From the NCBI RefSeq assembly GCF_004010195.1, contig NC_057720.1, positions 25,538,630 to 25,579,859 of the forward strand: DNA of 41,230 nucleotides. Direction: 5' to 3'. Of this stretch, positions 1 to 11,495 are shown piece by piece. Source of the DNA: Chiloscyllium plagiosum. Taxonomy: Eukaryota. A program made the translations under genes and the position numbers. The notes under the pieces are model-generated. The model did no database searches. It worked only from the letters and a program-made list of their open reading frames with translations, and had not been told where the DNA came from. How positions within the stretch are numbered: position 1 is the stretch's first letter; every line of letters begins with the position of its first letter.

Positions 1-236
1 ATAGGGGGGATGTCAGGGGTTGGTTCTTTACCCAGAGAGTGGTGGGGTCATGGAATGCGCTGCCTGTGGGAGTGGCAGAGTCAGAATCATTGGTGACCTT
101 TAAGCGGCAATTGGATAGGTACATGGATAGGTGCTTAAGCAAGGACAAATGTTTGGCACAACATCGTGGGCAGAAGGGCCTGTTCTGTGCTGTATTGTTC
201 TATGTTCAATGTTCTATGTTCTATGTTCTATGTTCA
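1..236 (+). mobile_element. CR1-clade LINE 3' end (ORF2 C-terminus, 3' UTR, (TTCTATG)n tail), cut by window start
   Basis: Reads ...FFTQRVVGSWNALP...FKRQLDRYMD, then GGGCAGAAGGGCCTGTTCTGTGCTGT and 7-nt TTCTATG repeats typical of CR1 tails. Confidence 0.9.
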
Positions 237-718
237 ACACATGGGAGATTGAGCTCAGCACGGGGGAGAGAACAAGCCCAGTCCATGGGAGATATTGAAC
301 CCAGCACAGGAGAGATATCAACCCAGTGCATGGGAGAGATTGAGCCCAGCATGAGGGAGATTGAGCCCAGCACAGGGGAGAGATCAAGCTCAGCATGGGG
401 GAGAGATTGAGCCCAGCACAGGGGAGAGATTGAGCTCAGCACGGGGAGATTGAGCTCAGCGCATGGGAGATCGATCCTTCATGGGGAAGTCCAGCATGGA
501 GTGTCCACAGGCCCATGGCTAAAGGAGGAGTGTAATTCTTCATTTTTCTACTTTTCACAAAGAAGAATTGAAATGTTTAACTTTTAACTTATTTCTTTAA
601 TTTTCTGCTTTGTACCTAAGATGGCCTGGGAATAGCAACTTTGTAAACTGTTCACTATACTCCTGTAAGCCTGTACTGGAGTACACGTGACAATAAACTT
701 AATTCTAATTCTAATTCC
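237..718 (+). mobile_element. Putative non-autonomous retroelement: VNTR + T-rich body + LINE-type 3' tail
   Basis: Ends in hairpin 658-683, CACGTGACAATAAA (AATAAA 692-697) and (AATTCT)3 at 701-718, a LINE-like tail layout. Confidence 0.5.
240..497. repeat. Minisatellite, ~21-23 bp unit GGG(AG)AGATTGAGCYCAGCAC, about 11 degenerate copies
   Basis: Unit visible in tandem; ORFs 39..410 and 221..442 show the matching EIEPS/LSP repeats. Confidence 0.85.
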
Positions 719-860
719 ATTTTCAATAGTCCACCTAAGAGTCTTTTCCCAGCACTTCTAGCCTAAGTGCCTCTTCTGATGCCTAGGGAAGGCCTCCCCC
801 TTTACCTCCTCCTCCACTCCCAGCCCCAACCCTTTCACTGGCAAAGGCCATCCTCATAAA

Positions 861-988
861 AACATTCAGGGTATAGAGGGACATGGACTATGTAAGAGGC
901 AAAAGGTTTTACCTTAGAAAGACATAATGTGTTGGCACAATCTTAGTGGGCTGAAGGGCCTGTTCCTGTGCTGTACTGCTCTTTGTTC
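861..988 (+). mobile_element. CR1 LINE 3' UTR fragment
   Basis: TTGGCACAA...GTGGGCTGAAGGGCCTGTTCCTGTGCTGTACTG, same tail motif as 150-200. Confidence 0.8.
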
Positions 989-1846
989 ACATCAATAATC
1001 CCTCCCCCTTTTGTTGGATCATAGCCAACATGACTAGGTGTTCTTGACTTCACTTACCTCAGTTCCAGGATGATGTCCATGACGCTGTTCTGAATTGCAT
1101 GCATTGCCAGTTGTGATCCAGTTAGCTACTGACTCTGGAAGGCAGCATCTCTGCTCAGAAAGGGTCATGAACCTGGCAGTTCATTGCTTGATGGTCATAG
1201 AATTGTGTTAGAACTCCTGGAAATAGTTGAGGCAGGATTGATCCTGGCTTTTTGGCCTAACTTTGGGCCATAACTATCCTGACAAAAATCAGTTAGTTGT
1301 AACAATTAAGAGCAAATGAGATAACTCACTTAAAAGAAATATTGAGGAATATATATAGAAAGCACAGGGAAGTTGAATAAATTAGATAACACCAAACATC
1401 GGTGTTCTATGTTCTAAATTACCTCCAACCATGCCATCTCTATGGCTATGAATTATATAACTGCTTTCTACTCTTTTTTATAAAGACAGAATATTAGTCA
1501 TTATAAACAGTCCCTGCTGGGACACTGAAATTCAAACAACATTTAACAGACATTGGAAACTCGGATGGAAACTTCCAAGAATCATTTCGTTACTGAGAGT
1601 GATGATGAGCCCCAGACCCTGCAGTGGTTTTTACACTTGTTTACAGTGGAGCTTTAAATGTTTTACTACTTGCAAATAGTTAGTCCTTGGTCGGTCCTGG
1701 GAGGGCTCCAATGATCTCAAAACTCTTAATTTAAAACGATTCACAGTCGATAATTAAATTAATATATTAATCCTATTGAGTCAATAAATAGACCAGTTTG
1801 TAAAATCATTTTATAATGAAGTTATAGCATTGAGAAAAATCATTAG

Positions 1847-2425
1847 GTCATAGAGTTATACAGCACAGAAACAGAACTTCATTCTAACTCATCCATACCG
1901 ACCAGACATCCCAATCTGACTTAGTCCTCTTTGCCAACATTTGGCCTATATCCCTCTAAATCCTTTCTATTCAAATACACATCGAGATGCCTGTTAAATG
2001 TTGTAATTATATCCACCTCCACCACCTCCTCTGGCAGCTTGTTCTACACACGCATGAACCTCTGTGTGAAAGATTTGCCCCTCAGTTCTCTCTTAAATCT
2101 TTCCAATGTCACCTTAAACCTATGTCCTCTAGTTTTGGACTCTTCTACTTTGAGGAAAAGACTTTGGCTATTCACCCTGTTATACCCCTCATAATTTTAT
2201 AAACTTCTATAAGGTCACCCCTTAGCCTTTGACACTCCAGGGAAAAAAGTCTCAGCCTCTTCAGCCTCTCCTTGTAGCTCAAACCCTCCAGTTTTGGCAA
2301 CGTCCTTGTACATCTCTTCTGAACCCTTTCAAGTTTCACAATATCTTTCCTCCAGCATGGAGAACTGAATGCAGTATTCTAAAGGCACAGCTGCTGCATG
2401 ACCTCCCAACTGCTGTACTTAATGC
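1847..2425 (-). mobile_element. CR1 (HER1-like) LINE, 5'-truncated
   Basis: Reverse complement of CR1 ORF2 C-terminus and tail; homologous to 6103-6743 and 37800-38322. Confidence 0.85.
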
Positions 2426-2454
2426 TGCTGTTTATATTCCATTTTTAAAAGAAA

Positions 2455-3555
2455 GTCATTTGCAGGTTGTGGATATTATTAGCCGAGCCAGAATTTATTG
2501 CCAATCCTGAATTGTCCTTGAGAAAGTGATGGTGTGCTGCCTTCTTGAGCTGGCACAATTCACAGATGTTAACTACACCCAAAGTGTTATTAGAGAGGAT
2601 TTTGACCCAGCAACAGTGAAGGATTGGCAATATAGTTCCAAGTCAGGAAGACATGTAGTTGCAGTTGCAACTTGAGACATGAATTTGTAGTTCGTGTTAT
2701 TCTCATGGATTTGCTGCCTTATTCTAGGCAGTAGAGGTCACATCTTTGAAACGTGCTGTTTTAGGAGACATGGTGAGTTGGTACAATACATCTTGTAGAT
2801 GGTACACATTGCAGTCCCAATGCTTTGCTGGTGGAGGTGAAAGTGAAGGTGAAGGGGCAAGACAAGGTGCCAATCAAGTGAGCTGCAATGTCTTGGGTAA
2901 CATTGCGCTTCTTGAGTGTGGTTGGAGCTTCCCACATCCAGGCTGTTCAGATGGTTGATAGTCTTTGTAGAGTTGATTGGTGAGTTGCCTGCTGGATTCC
3001 TAGCCTCTGGCCTGCTCACATAGTCACAGTATTTATACTGCTAGCCCAGTTCAAATATCTTCACCATGTGGTGACCTTCAAAATGTGTCTATAGGGGTAT
3101 CAGTTATAATAATACCATTGAATGTTATGGTGGATGATTGAATGTTGTCCAGGTCTTGCTGCAAATGGGCATAGACTACTTTAGCATCAGAGAAATTGCT
3201 GTTAGTGCTGAAAATTATGCAATCATCAGTGAACATGCCTACCTTTTATCTGAGATTGAAGAGAATCTACTTTATGAAGCAGCTGAAGATTGTTGAACCC
3301 AGGACTTTATCTTGAGGAACTTCTGTTGTGATGTCCTTTGGTTGCGGTTACTGACCTCCAACAAGCACAAGCACCTACCTTTGTACCAGGAATGACTCTA
3401 ACCAACAACGGTCTTTCTCCATGATTCTCATTGACTCTAGAGCTCATTGCTAGAGCTCATTGATGTCTGACTCAGTCAAATGCTGCCTTGATTTCAAGGG
3501 CAGTCATCCTTACAGCCCATCTTCAAATCAACTCTTTGGTCAGTGCATAAATCAA
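2455..3555 (-). mobile_element. Degraded LINE of the CR1/L2/Jockey group (second family), RT region to 3' end
   Basis: Minus strand reads VPQDKVLGSTIFSCFI...VGMFTDDC (RT motifs, ~3215-3325) and HQQSIGTAMCTIYKMYCTNSPCLLKQH (ORF 2738..3019). Confidence 0.7.
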
Positions 3556-3629
3556 ATCTGTAGAAATATAGGAGCAGGAATGGACCAATTGACCCATTAA
3601 GCTGGCTCTGCCATTTAATATGATCATGA

Positions 3630-3764
3630 TCTTGATTAATAGAAGATCAAGGATTATGGGGAGAAGGCAGGAGAATGGGATTGAGAAACATATCAGTCAT
3701 GAACGAATGGTGGAGCAGGCTCAATGGGCTGAATGACCTAATTCTGCTCCTATATCTTATGGTC
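3630..3764 (+). mobile_element. CR1 3' UTR fragment inserted antisense into the older CR1 tail
   Basis: GGATTATGGGGAGAAGGCAGGAGAATGG...ATGGGCTGAATGACCTAATTCTGCTCCTATATCTTATGGTC; same family as 10555-10677. Confidence 0.8.
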
Positions 3765-4562
3765 ATAGCTATCTCAATTCCATACTCCCACTGTCTCCCC
3801 CTCACACTTAACATCTTTAGTCTCTAGAAATCTCTTTCCTAAATATATTTAGTGACTTGGCTTCCATAGCCTCTGCAGTAGAGAGTTTTATAGGTTCACA
3901 CCCTCTGAGTGAAAAACATTCTCCTCATCCCATTCCAAAATGGCTTACTGTTTATCCTGACACCGTGACCCTTTGTTCTGGAAGTGCCTGGTCTGGGAAA
4001 CATTATTCCTGCATCTAATCTATCCAGGTCTGTGAGAATTTTTAATGTTTCAATGATATCCTATTTCCATCTTCTACATGTCAGTGAATATTGGCCAAAT
4101 CAACTCAATTGCTCCTCGTTCAACAAATCTGCCATCACAGGAATCGGCCCTTTGCTGTACTCCATCAATGATAAATATATCTATTGGTAGATAAAACTGC
4201 ACACAGTACTCCAGGTATGGTCTCACTAAGGCCCTGTATATAAAACTTTCTCCGGTAATAAAATCCTCTTGCAGTGAAGGTCAGCATAGCATTTGCTTTC
4301 CAAAGTGTTGGCCACATTTGTAAGCTTACCTTCAATTACTGGTGTACAAGTACATCTATGCCCCTTTTTCCATCAACATTTCCCAATCTATCATCATTTA
4401 AAAATGCTGTGCCATTTTCTAACTACAGTGGAGAATGTCACACTTATCCATATTATACTGCAACTGCCTTGCTTTACCCACACACTCAACTCATCTAAGT
4501 CAGCCTGAAGTATTCTTACATCTGCCTCACCTAGTTTTGCATTGTAAAAACTGAAATATTAT

Positions 4563-4703
4563 CAAGTTCTGAAGAAAGGGCACTGGACTCAAAACATTGA
4601 CTCTGCTTTCTCTCTACAGATGCTGCCGGAATTGCTGAGTTTCTGCAGCAATTTCTGTTTTTCTTCAGGTCTTCAGTATCCACAGTCATTTGTTTTATTT
4701 TGA
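4563..4703 (+). mobile_element. Penelope-like element terminal fragment (family P1) with decayed hammerhead core
   Basis: CTGAAGA (4569-4575)...GACTCAAAACATT (CpG-decayed CGAAACGTT); imperfect 9-bp flanking repeat AAATAYTAT at 4554-4562 and 4704-4712. Confidence 0.65.
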
Positions 4704-4899
4704 AAATACTATACTTGATTTTCTCATCCATATCCTGATATTGATTGGGAAAGCTATAGCTCAAGTTCGTTAGATGGGTCAGTGTCTATGTTCTATATCA
4801 TTGATATATAACATAAATACCTGCGGGCTAACATTGATCCTTGTGGTACCTAATTTGACATTGCCTTTCATTCTGAAAATGACCCATTTATTCTTCCAG

Positions 4900-5083
4900 G
4901 GGAAAGTGAGGACTGCAGATGCTGGAGATCAGAGTCGAGAATGTAGTGCTGGAAAAACACAGCAGGTCAGGCAGCATCCATGGAGCAGGCGAATTGATGA
5001 AGGGCTTATGCCCGAAACGTCGGTTCTCCTGCTCCTCGGCTGCTGCCTGACCTGCTGTCCTTTTCCAGCACTACACTCTCGAC
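4900..5083. mobile_element. Penelope-like fold-back insert (family P2)
   Basis: 4934-4993 is the reverse complement of ~5023-5083; flanked by 19-bp direct repeat GACCCATTTATTCYTCCAG (4881-4899, 5081-5099). Confidence 0.75.
4994..5021 (+). ncRNA. Minimal hammerhead ribozyme motif, first core C replaced by U
   Basis: UUGAUGA-A-GGGC-UUAU-GCCC-GAAA-C-GUC: 4-bp helix II, ACGU palindrome at helix III, GUC triplet. Confidence 0.6.
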
Positions 5084-6102
5084 CCATTTATTCCTCCAGT
5101 CTGTTTACTGTCTATTAACTGATTCTTAATCCATGCCTGTATCTTATCAACAACTACATGTTTTGATTTTTCACATTATTGTTTTATGTGGATTTTTTTT
5201 CAAAAGCTTTCTGAAAATCCAAATGCACCACATCCACTGGTTCACCTTCATCTATTCTAAGTTACATTCACAAAAAAAAGTCCAGTAAGTTTATTAAACA
5301 CAATTTCTTTTTTGTTCTACATCTATACTGATTCTGTGTGATACAGTTGATACTTTCTAAGTGTTGTGTCACCATATAGCAGAAAAAACTCCAGCGTTTT
5401 CATTACATTGTTATTAGACCAGTGGTCTCTAATTCCTGGTTTTCTCTCTCCATACCTCTTTCCCTGCCTTCTTTTTTTAAACAGTGAGGTTATATTTGCC
5501 ATAGCTCTAATCAGCTGGAACAGTTCCAGAATCTTGAAAGAGGACAATCATTATTTCCATGGTCACCTCCTGTATTTCCCCAGGATGTAAATGATTAGGT
5601 ACTGGGGATTTTAGTCTCTTTAACTTCACAATACTTTTTTTAAAACCGAATTCTAATCTCCTTCAATTGCAGCTACCCAAAAGAACCTTGCTTCCATATT
5701 GTGTGCAGGAAATATTTTTGTTTCTTTTTCAATGAACACAGAACAAAACTAGATGTTTGATTGCTGTGCTATTTTGTCAGTCTCCATTATCAATTCTCCT
5801 GTTTTAGTCTGCAAGCAGTCTATGTTTATCTGCACTGAATTTTTTCCATTTTTAGATATTTATTAAAGCTCTCACAATCTGCTTTTATGTCCCCTGCAAG
5901 TTCACTCTCAATCTATTTCCATCCCTTAATCAATTCCTTGGTTTTCTTTTCCTGAATTCCAAATTGATCCCAGTCCTCAGGCTTGCTATTTTTTCTACAA
6001 TTTTATGTGTCTCCTCTTTAAATCTATTACTAGACTTAATTTCTTTCGTTAGCCATAGTGGGCCACCTTTACATGTTGCATTCTTTCATTGTGTAGCATA
6101 TC

Positions 6103-6743
6103 GAGTCATAGAGATGTACAGCATGGAAGCAGACCCTCGGTCCAACCCGTCCATGCCGACCAGATATCCCAACCCAATCTAGTCCCACCTGCCAGCACCC
6201 GGCCCATATCCCTCCAAACCCTTCCTATTCATATACCCATCCAAATGCCTCTTAAATGTTGCAATTGTACCAGCCTCCACCACTTCGTCTACCAGCTCAT
6301 TCCATACACGTTCCACCCTCTGCGTGAAAATGTTGCTCTTTAGGTCTCTTTTATATCATTCCCCTCTCACCCTAAACCTATGCCCTCTAGTTCTGGATTC
6401 CCCGACCCCAGGAAAAAGACTTTGCATATTTACCCTATCCATGGCCCTCATAATTTTGTAAACCTCAATAAGGGTCACCCCTCAGCCTCCGACGCTCCAG
6501 GGAAAAAAGCCCCAGCCTGTCCAGCCTCTCCCTATAGCTCAAATCCTCCAACCCTGGCAACATCCTTGTATATCTTTTCTGAACCCTTTCAAGTTTCACA
6601 ACATCTTTCCGATAGGAAGGAGACCAGAATTGCATGCAATATTCCAACAGTGGCCTAGCCAATGTCCTGTACAGCTGCGACATGACCTCCCAACTCCTAT
6701 ACTCAATACTCTGACCAATAAAGGAAAGCATACCAAATGCCTT
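6103..6743 (-). mobile_element. CR1 (HER1-like) LINE, 5'-truncated, well preserved
   Basis: ORF 6465..6785: KAFGMLSFIGQSIEYRSWEVM...LYRTLARPLLEYCMQFWSPSYRKDV...LFSLERRRLRGD; CTATGACTC tail. Confidence 0.92.
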
Positions 6744-6817
6744 ACAGATAGTTGCTTGTGGTAGCTTCACAGGTTGACATGCCAAGGTGGATTTCCCTCT
6801 GCATCAAGCATCATATT

Positions 6818-7121
6818 CATAGTATTGTAGAATCTGTACAGTGCAGAAAGTAACCATTTGGCCCATTACGTCTGCACCAACCCTCCGAAGAGCATCCCAC
6901 ACAGACCAATCCTCCATCCAGTTTATCCCCATAACTCCACATTCAGCATAGCTAACCGTCTAACTGCATATCTTTGGAACTTGCGAGGAAACTGGAGAAC
7001 CAGATGGAAACACACATAAACACAAGAAGAACATGCAAACTCCACACAACCAGTCACCCAAGGCTGCAATCGAATCTGGGACCCTGACGCTGTGAGGCAA
7101 CTGTGCTAACCACTAAACCAC
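6818..7121 (-). mobile_element. HE1-like tRNA-derived V-SINE
   Basis: Minus strand has A box TGGTTTAGTGG, B box GATTCGATTGC, V-domain-like GTGTGGAGTTTGCATGTTCT and CR1-like tail. Confidence 0.85.
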
Positions 7122-7381
7122 ATTATCAAAGTGCTGTTTATGATACACATTGGTATTTGTGGAAGTGCTTGCATAAGCCCAGTTAAAGGGTCCATATGAT
7201 ACTTTTAAACGTCTGCACAGGAATTTATGATCTTTGACAAGCTATAGTGATTTAAAGGTCTGCCAGTTAAATTAATATAGAATCAATAGAGTTCTCTGAA
7301 GATATAAATTTGATTTGCTGATTGGTTTAGAACTTCTATTTTGTGGTCTAAGCAAAAGCTGGAAAATCATATTTATAAGTT

Positions 7382-7877
7382 GAGCTGCAGAGCTGGGCTG
7401 AGGAGTGGCAGATGGAGTTCAACCTTGTCAAGTGTGAGGTTGTCCATTTTGGAAGGACAAATAAGAATGCGGAATACAGGGTTAATGGTAGGGTTCTTAG
7501 TAAGGTGGAGGAACAGAGGGATCTTGGGGTCTATGTTCATAGATCTTTGAAAGTTGCCACTCAGGTGGATAGAGCTTGTAAGAAGGCCTATGGTGTATTA
7601 GCGTTCATTAGCAGAGGGATTGAATTCAAGAGGCGTGAAGTGATGTGAAGGGTGGAAGGTATAGGGGGGATGTCAGGGGTAGGTTCTTTACCCAGAGAGT
7701 GGTGGGGTCATGGAATGCGCTGCCTGTGGGAGTGGCAGAGTCAGAATCATTGGTTACCTTTAAGCAGCAATTGGATAGGTACATGGATAGGTGCTTAAGC
7801 TAGGACAAATGTTTGGCACAACATTGTGGGCCAAAGGGCCTGTTCTGTGCTGTATTGTTCTATGTTCTATGTTCTAT
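7382..7877 (+). mobile_element. CR1 LINE, 5'-truncated with ~310-bp internal deletion
   Basis: ORF 7412..7648 MEFNLVKCEVVHFGR...FKRREVM joins directly to KGGRYRGDVRG; (TTCTATG)n tail. Confidence 0.9.
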
Positions 7878-8403
7878 AATTGTTTCTTTTGAAGATCAGT
7901 TTAACAGAAAAGTGTAAAGTTATTTAAATGGTCTGAAGTGTGGTTGAACAGTGAAATGGGGAATTTGGAACATTTTTAGAAAATAATGTTAATTTTGCCC
8001 TTAAAAGACTTTCAGCTGTTATAGGCAGCATGGTGTGAATTTTTAGTACATCACTTTGAATAGTTTGTATCAAAGACGTGGTGACGAGAGGTTTGAATTG
8101 AAAGTTTCAAAGGTATGGAAAGAGGTCTGAAGCCTGTGGTAAGTATACTTTTAATTACTGAGATAAACCTTCAATGTAATATTACCTCTCACTTGGAACA
8201 GGTCATTAAAATCATCTTAAGCGTAGCTCCCATCATCTGCAGGTGTGTATGACATCTTCCTCTGTACCAGTGAAGCTTCAATGCTTGACAAGAGATCACT
8301 TTTCTTAATAGAATAACACAGACAGAGGGGTCATCAAAGCAGAGTCTGACAATATCGATCGTGAGAGCAGAAGATCAGTCGGTCAATTGGAGGAGCCAGT
8401 TTA

Positions 8404-8650
8404 TGATTCTGTGCTTGGGCAGGTCAGGCAGCATCTTACAGTGCTTACCTTGTGATGATGTCCAAGACTATGGCTGCATGTTGTGCACTGCAAAGCTTTG
8501 CTGTCCACCAAGGACTCACCTTTAACCCTGGAGAGAACAAATGTCAATGGAGCTCAATGCAGGTATGCATCTTGGAGAACATACAGTGGCGGAAGCATCT
8601 GCTGAGGCTAGGACAGTGAGAGATTGGCTGGCTGGTACAGTGTTTACTCC
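8404..8650 (+). pseudogene. PIF/Harbinger transposase C-terminal remnant
   Basis: 8412-8450 CLGRSGSILQCLP, frameshift, 8458-8520 MSKTMAACCALQSFAVHQGL; resembles the Harbinger RFRCLDRSGGxLQYxP...IVVACCxLHN motif. Confidence 0.6.
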
Positions 8651-9853
8651 TTCAATCTGCCAGACTGTTGTATCTCCATCATTCTGTAATTCCCTCCTGT
8701 CTATGTCCCTGCCTCCCTGTGTATCTCCCTGTGAATGTCCCTCCTCCCCTCCTGGAATGATAAGGAGACTGCTGACAAATATGTAAACAAATGGTTTTCA
8801 TTTAGAAATGGTAACATTTTTCAGAGGTGGGCATGCAGATAATACCTCACCAATACTTTGACAGTATTGATGTTAAATAAAAATGTTCGCTAGACTATAC
8901 AAAGCCGTTCAAAGTGTGTGTCATTAATATTTGAACTGTCATAACTTAAATAACAGCGCAAAATCACTGTCTGGTAACAGCTATTAAAACATAACCAGCA
9001 GAAATTATGTTACACAATGCAAATAATGAATAATGCCTTCAGAAAAGTCAACCATGAGATGGCAAAGTACAATACTGCATGTGCAGTTAAAAGTGGGTTT
9101 CAACCTATGTGGCAGAATTTCCTCCATGTACTGATAATGAAACAGGGAATGGGTTGCAGCAGCATTATGAGGTGAGATCTATTATTAAAAGGGTTCCTTA
9201 AACCTTCTACATCTTCCCCTTCTTCGCGAAGGGACCTCCTTAGTCCTGAATGTGAGATCAGGCTCTGGGCTGCATCTGGTTAGAGGTTACAAGGGGTTGT
9301 TCTTGATCGGATGGTACAGATGCTACAGTTGTGGCTGGAGACTGTTGCTGGACAAGCTACAGAAACTGCCTCTGACATTCAGACTACTGCAGAAATTGCA
9401 GATGTTGCCTGCATCTCTGTTTTATTTTTATTTTGTCAGGTTCTGGATAGACTACACCGGAATGGTTCACAGACGGGAGGAATGAAGTAGAGTGGTCTCC
9501 AACTTTTTGTGAACTCTAACTGTGATGCATACATGTCTTGAAGGAGCTCTGAGGACCTTCATAATATGTCTCATGGTGATGCTGTCATTGTGGGGATGCT
9601 GTTGTCATGGGCTGCTGTTGTCATGGGGATGGTTGATTGTGTGCTGACAATGTCGCAGATCCGACACCTACCTCTAGTATAAGGGAACCTTCCACTACAG
9701 CAATTTCAGCCTCACTTGCACTCTCCTGTATTGCAGATAAATTGAAAGTGAGGAAATCACTATCCACATCTTTGACGCAAAGACAGGAGGAGGAACAAAT
9801 ATGGCTGAAGGTGCGGGGGTGGGGGTCTGCAGAAGGATTTTGAGAGGCTGGAA

Positions 9854-10677
9854 GAGTGGGCAAAGATGTGGTAAATGGAATGCATTGTGGGAATGTGAGA
9901 GATTATGCACTTCAGTAGGAAGAATAGAAGTTTAGACTATTTTCTAAATGGGAAAAGGCTTTGGAAATGTGAAGCAAAAAGGGGCTTAGGAATTCTAATT
10001 CATGATTCTCATAAGGTTAACGTACAGGTTCAGTTTGCAGCTAGGAAGGCAAATGCAATGTTAGCATTCCTTTTGAGAGAGCTAGAATACTAGAGCGGAG
10101 ATCTACGACAGAGGCTACATACTGCTTTAGTCAGACCACATCTGGAATATTTTGAGCAGTTTTGGGCCCCAATTTTTAAGGAAGGATGTGCTGGAGTTGG
10201 ACGGGGCTCAGAGAAAGTTTACAAGAATGATCCTGGGGATGAAAGTCTTGTCATTAGAGGAATGATTGAGTTCTGTGCTGAATGGAGATAGAAGGATGAG
10301 GGGGGAATCTGATTGAAACTTACACAGAATACAGAGATGCCTGGGTGGAGTGGATGTGGAGAAGATATTTCCCTAGTAGGACAGACTAGGTACCGAAGGC
10401 ACATTCTCAGACTGAAGGAACAGAGATGATGAGGAATGTCTTCAGCTAGAGGGTCATGAATCTGTGGAACTCAATGTCACAGAGGGCTGTGAAGGACAAG
10501 TCATTGAGTGTGTGAAAGATAAAGATAGATGGGTTTTTGATTAGTGAATAAGTCAAAGTTATGGGGAGAAGGCAGGAGAGTGTGGCTCAGAAACATATCA
10601 GCTATGATTGAAAGGTGGAACTGACCTGATGGGCTGAATGGCCTAATTTGCTTCAATATCTTACAGTCTTATGGTCA
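9854..10677 (+). mobile_element. CR1 LINE, 5'-truncated, degraded
   Basis: ORF 9905..10093 MHFSRKN...RKANAMLAFL; later LVRPHLEY; CR1 tail at 10620-10677. Confidence 0.85.
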
Positions 10678-11296
10678 GAGACAGGTGTGCTCTCAAAGCG
10701 TTATCTTTCTTCCTCCACTGCAGGTAAAACATCACATTGTATGCCATGCTCCCCTCTGTTTGATCCACAACAATTTCTGATCTGTCAAGACATGAAGACA
10801 TTGCCAGCACAGGTCCCCATGGTTATGTGTCAGAGAACAGAAAGAAAGCACTCTTCATTTATCACAAAGTAAGTCCAAAACGAATGGTGCAAATGTTACT
10901 TAACTTATGGACTCACCTCTGATGCCGACGTCCAAAGCTCCGTTAACACAGTGGGATTCACCAGGCTAAGCATGTGCTACATGTACTCCTCTTGTTCCAT
11001 CAGGTAGATAGTTCATGGATACTGTGCATATGAAGTATAAACTAGTTCTCCCTGCCTTGATAGAAATACAATTGAAGTAAAATTCACTGAATTAAAAATA
11101 AATAGTACCGTCTCTGAGACAGTCATTCTATAACATTTCAAGCAACATTGACCTTTCAGCATCTAGCACTTTAATTGAGCGGATCACGTGAAGTTACAGC
11201 CATCTCGAAAACAATTGCCACACCCAACTCACAAAGGAGGACATTAGGTTTTGAAACAAAAAGGAATGCACATTTTAAATGTTGAAATACCATTAC

Positions 11297-11495
11297 TTCT
11301 TTTAACCTCTCCTGGTATATATTCCACTTTTTGCAGCACTGGTTGACTTTCCTAGCAACTACGCTATTCATGGAGACAATGTCAGATATTTCTTTCCGTG
11401 TTGCATTTTGTACTTTGTTGTTTAATTGCCAAAGTATCAAAAATTCAACTCTACTTTGATTCCACTTCAGCCAAAAATAGATTGAGATCAGCCAA
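11297..11495 (-). pseudogene. Myb/SANT-like (trihelix) domain remnant, Harbinger ORF2/MSANTD type
   Basis: LADLNLFLAEVESK*S*IF, frameshift, NKVQNATRKEISDIVSMNSVVARKVNQCCKKWN (ORF 11171..11440); fits the W..IA..VN.....R...QC.KKW pattern. Confidence 0.6.

Larger units (their letters stand above)
3561..6085 (-). mobile_element. Old CR1 LINE ORF2 and tail, interrupted by inserts at 3630-3764, 4563-4703 and 4900-5083
   Basis: Tail at 3561-3629, then antisense RT sequence continuing leftmost-to-rightmost; ORF 5323..5547 contains ANITSLFKK. Confidence 0.75.

Noticed and set aside
240..497. CRISPR-like repeat array
   Set aside because: Units are directly adjacent with no unique spacers, there are no cas genes, and the DNA is vertebrate; it is a minisatellite.
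1550..1657. Possible host terminal exon (TLETRMETSKNHF...VEL*)
   Set aside because: Weak acceptor, only 35 codons, no recognisable homology and no partner exons.
9637..9863. Overlapping ORFs on both strands
   Set aside because: Short, no recognisable motif or convincing splice sites; expected by chance.
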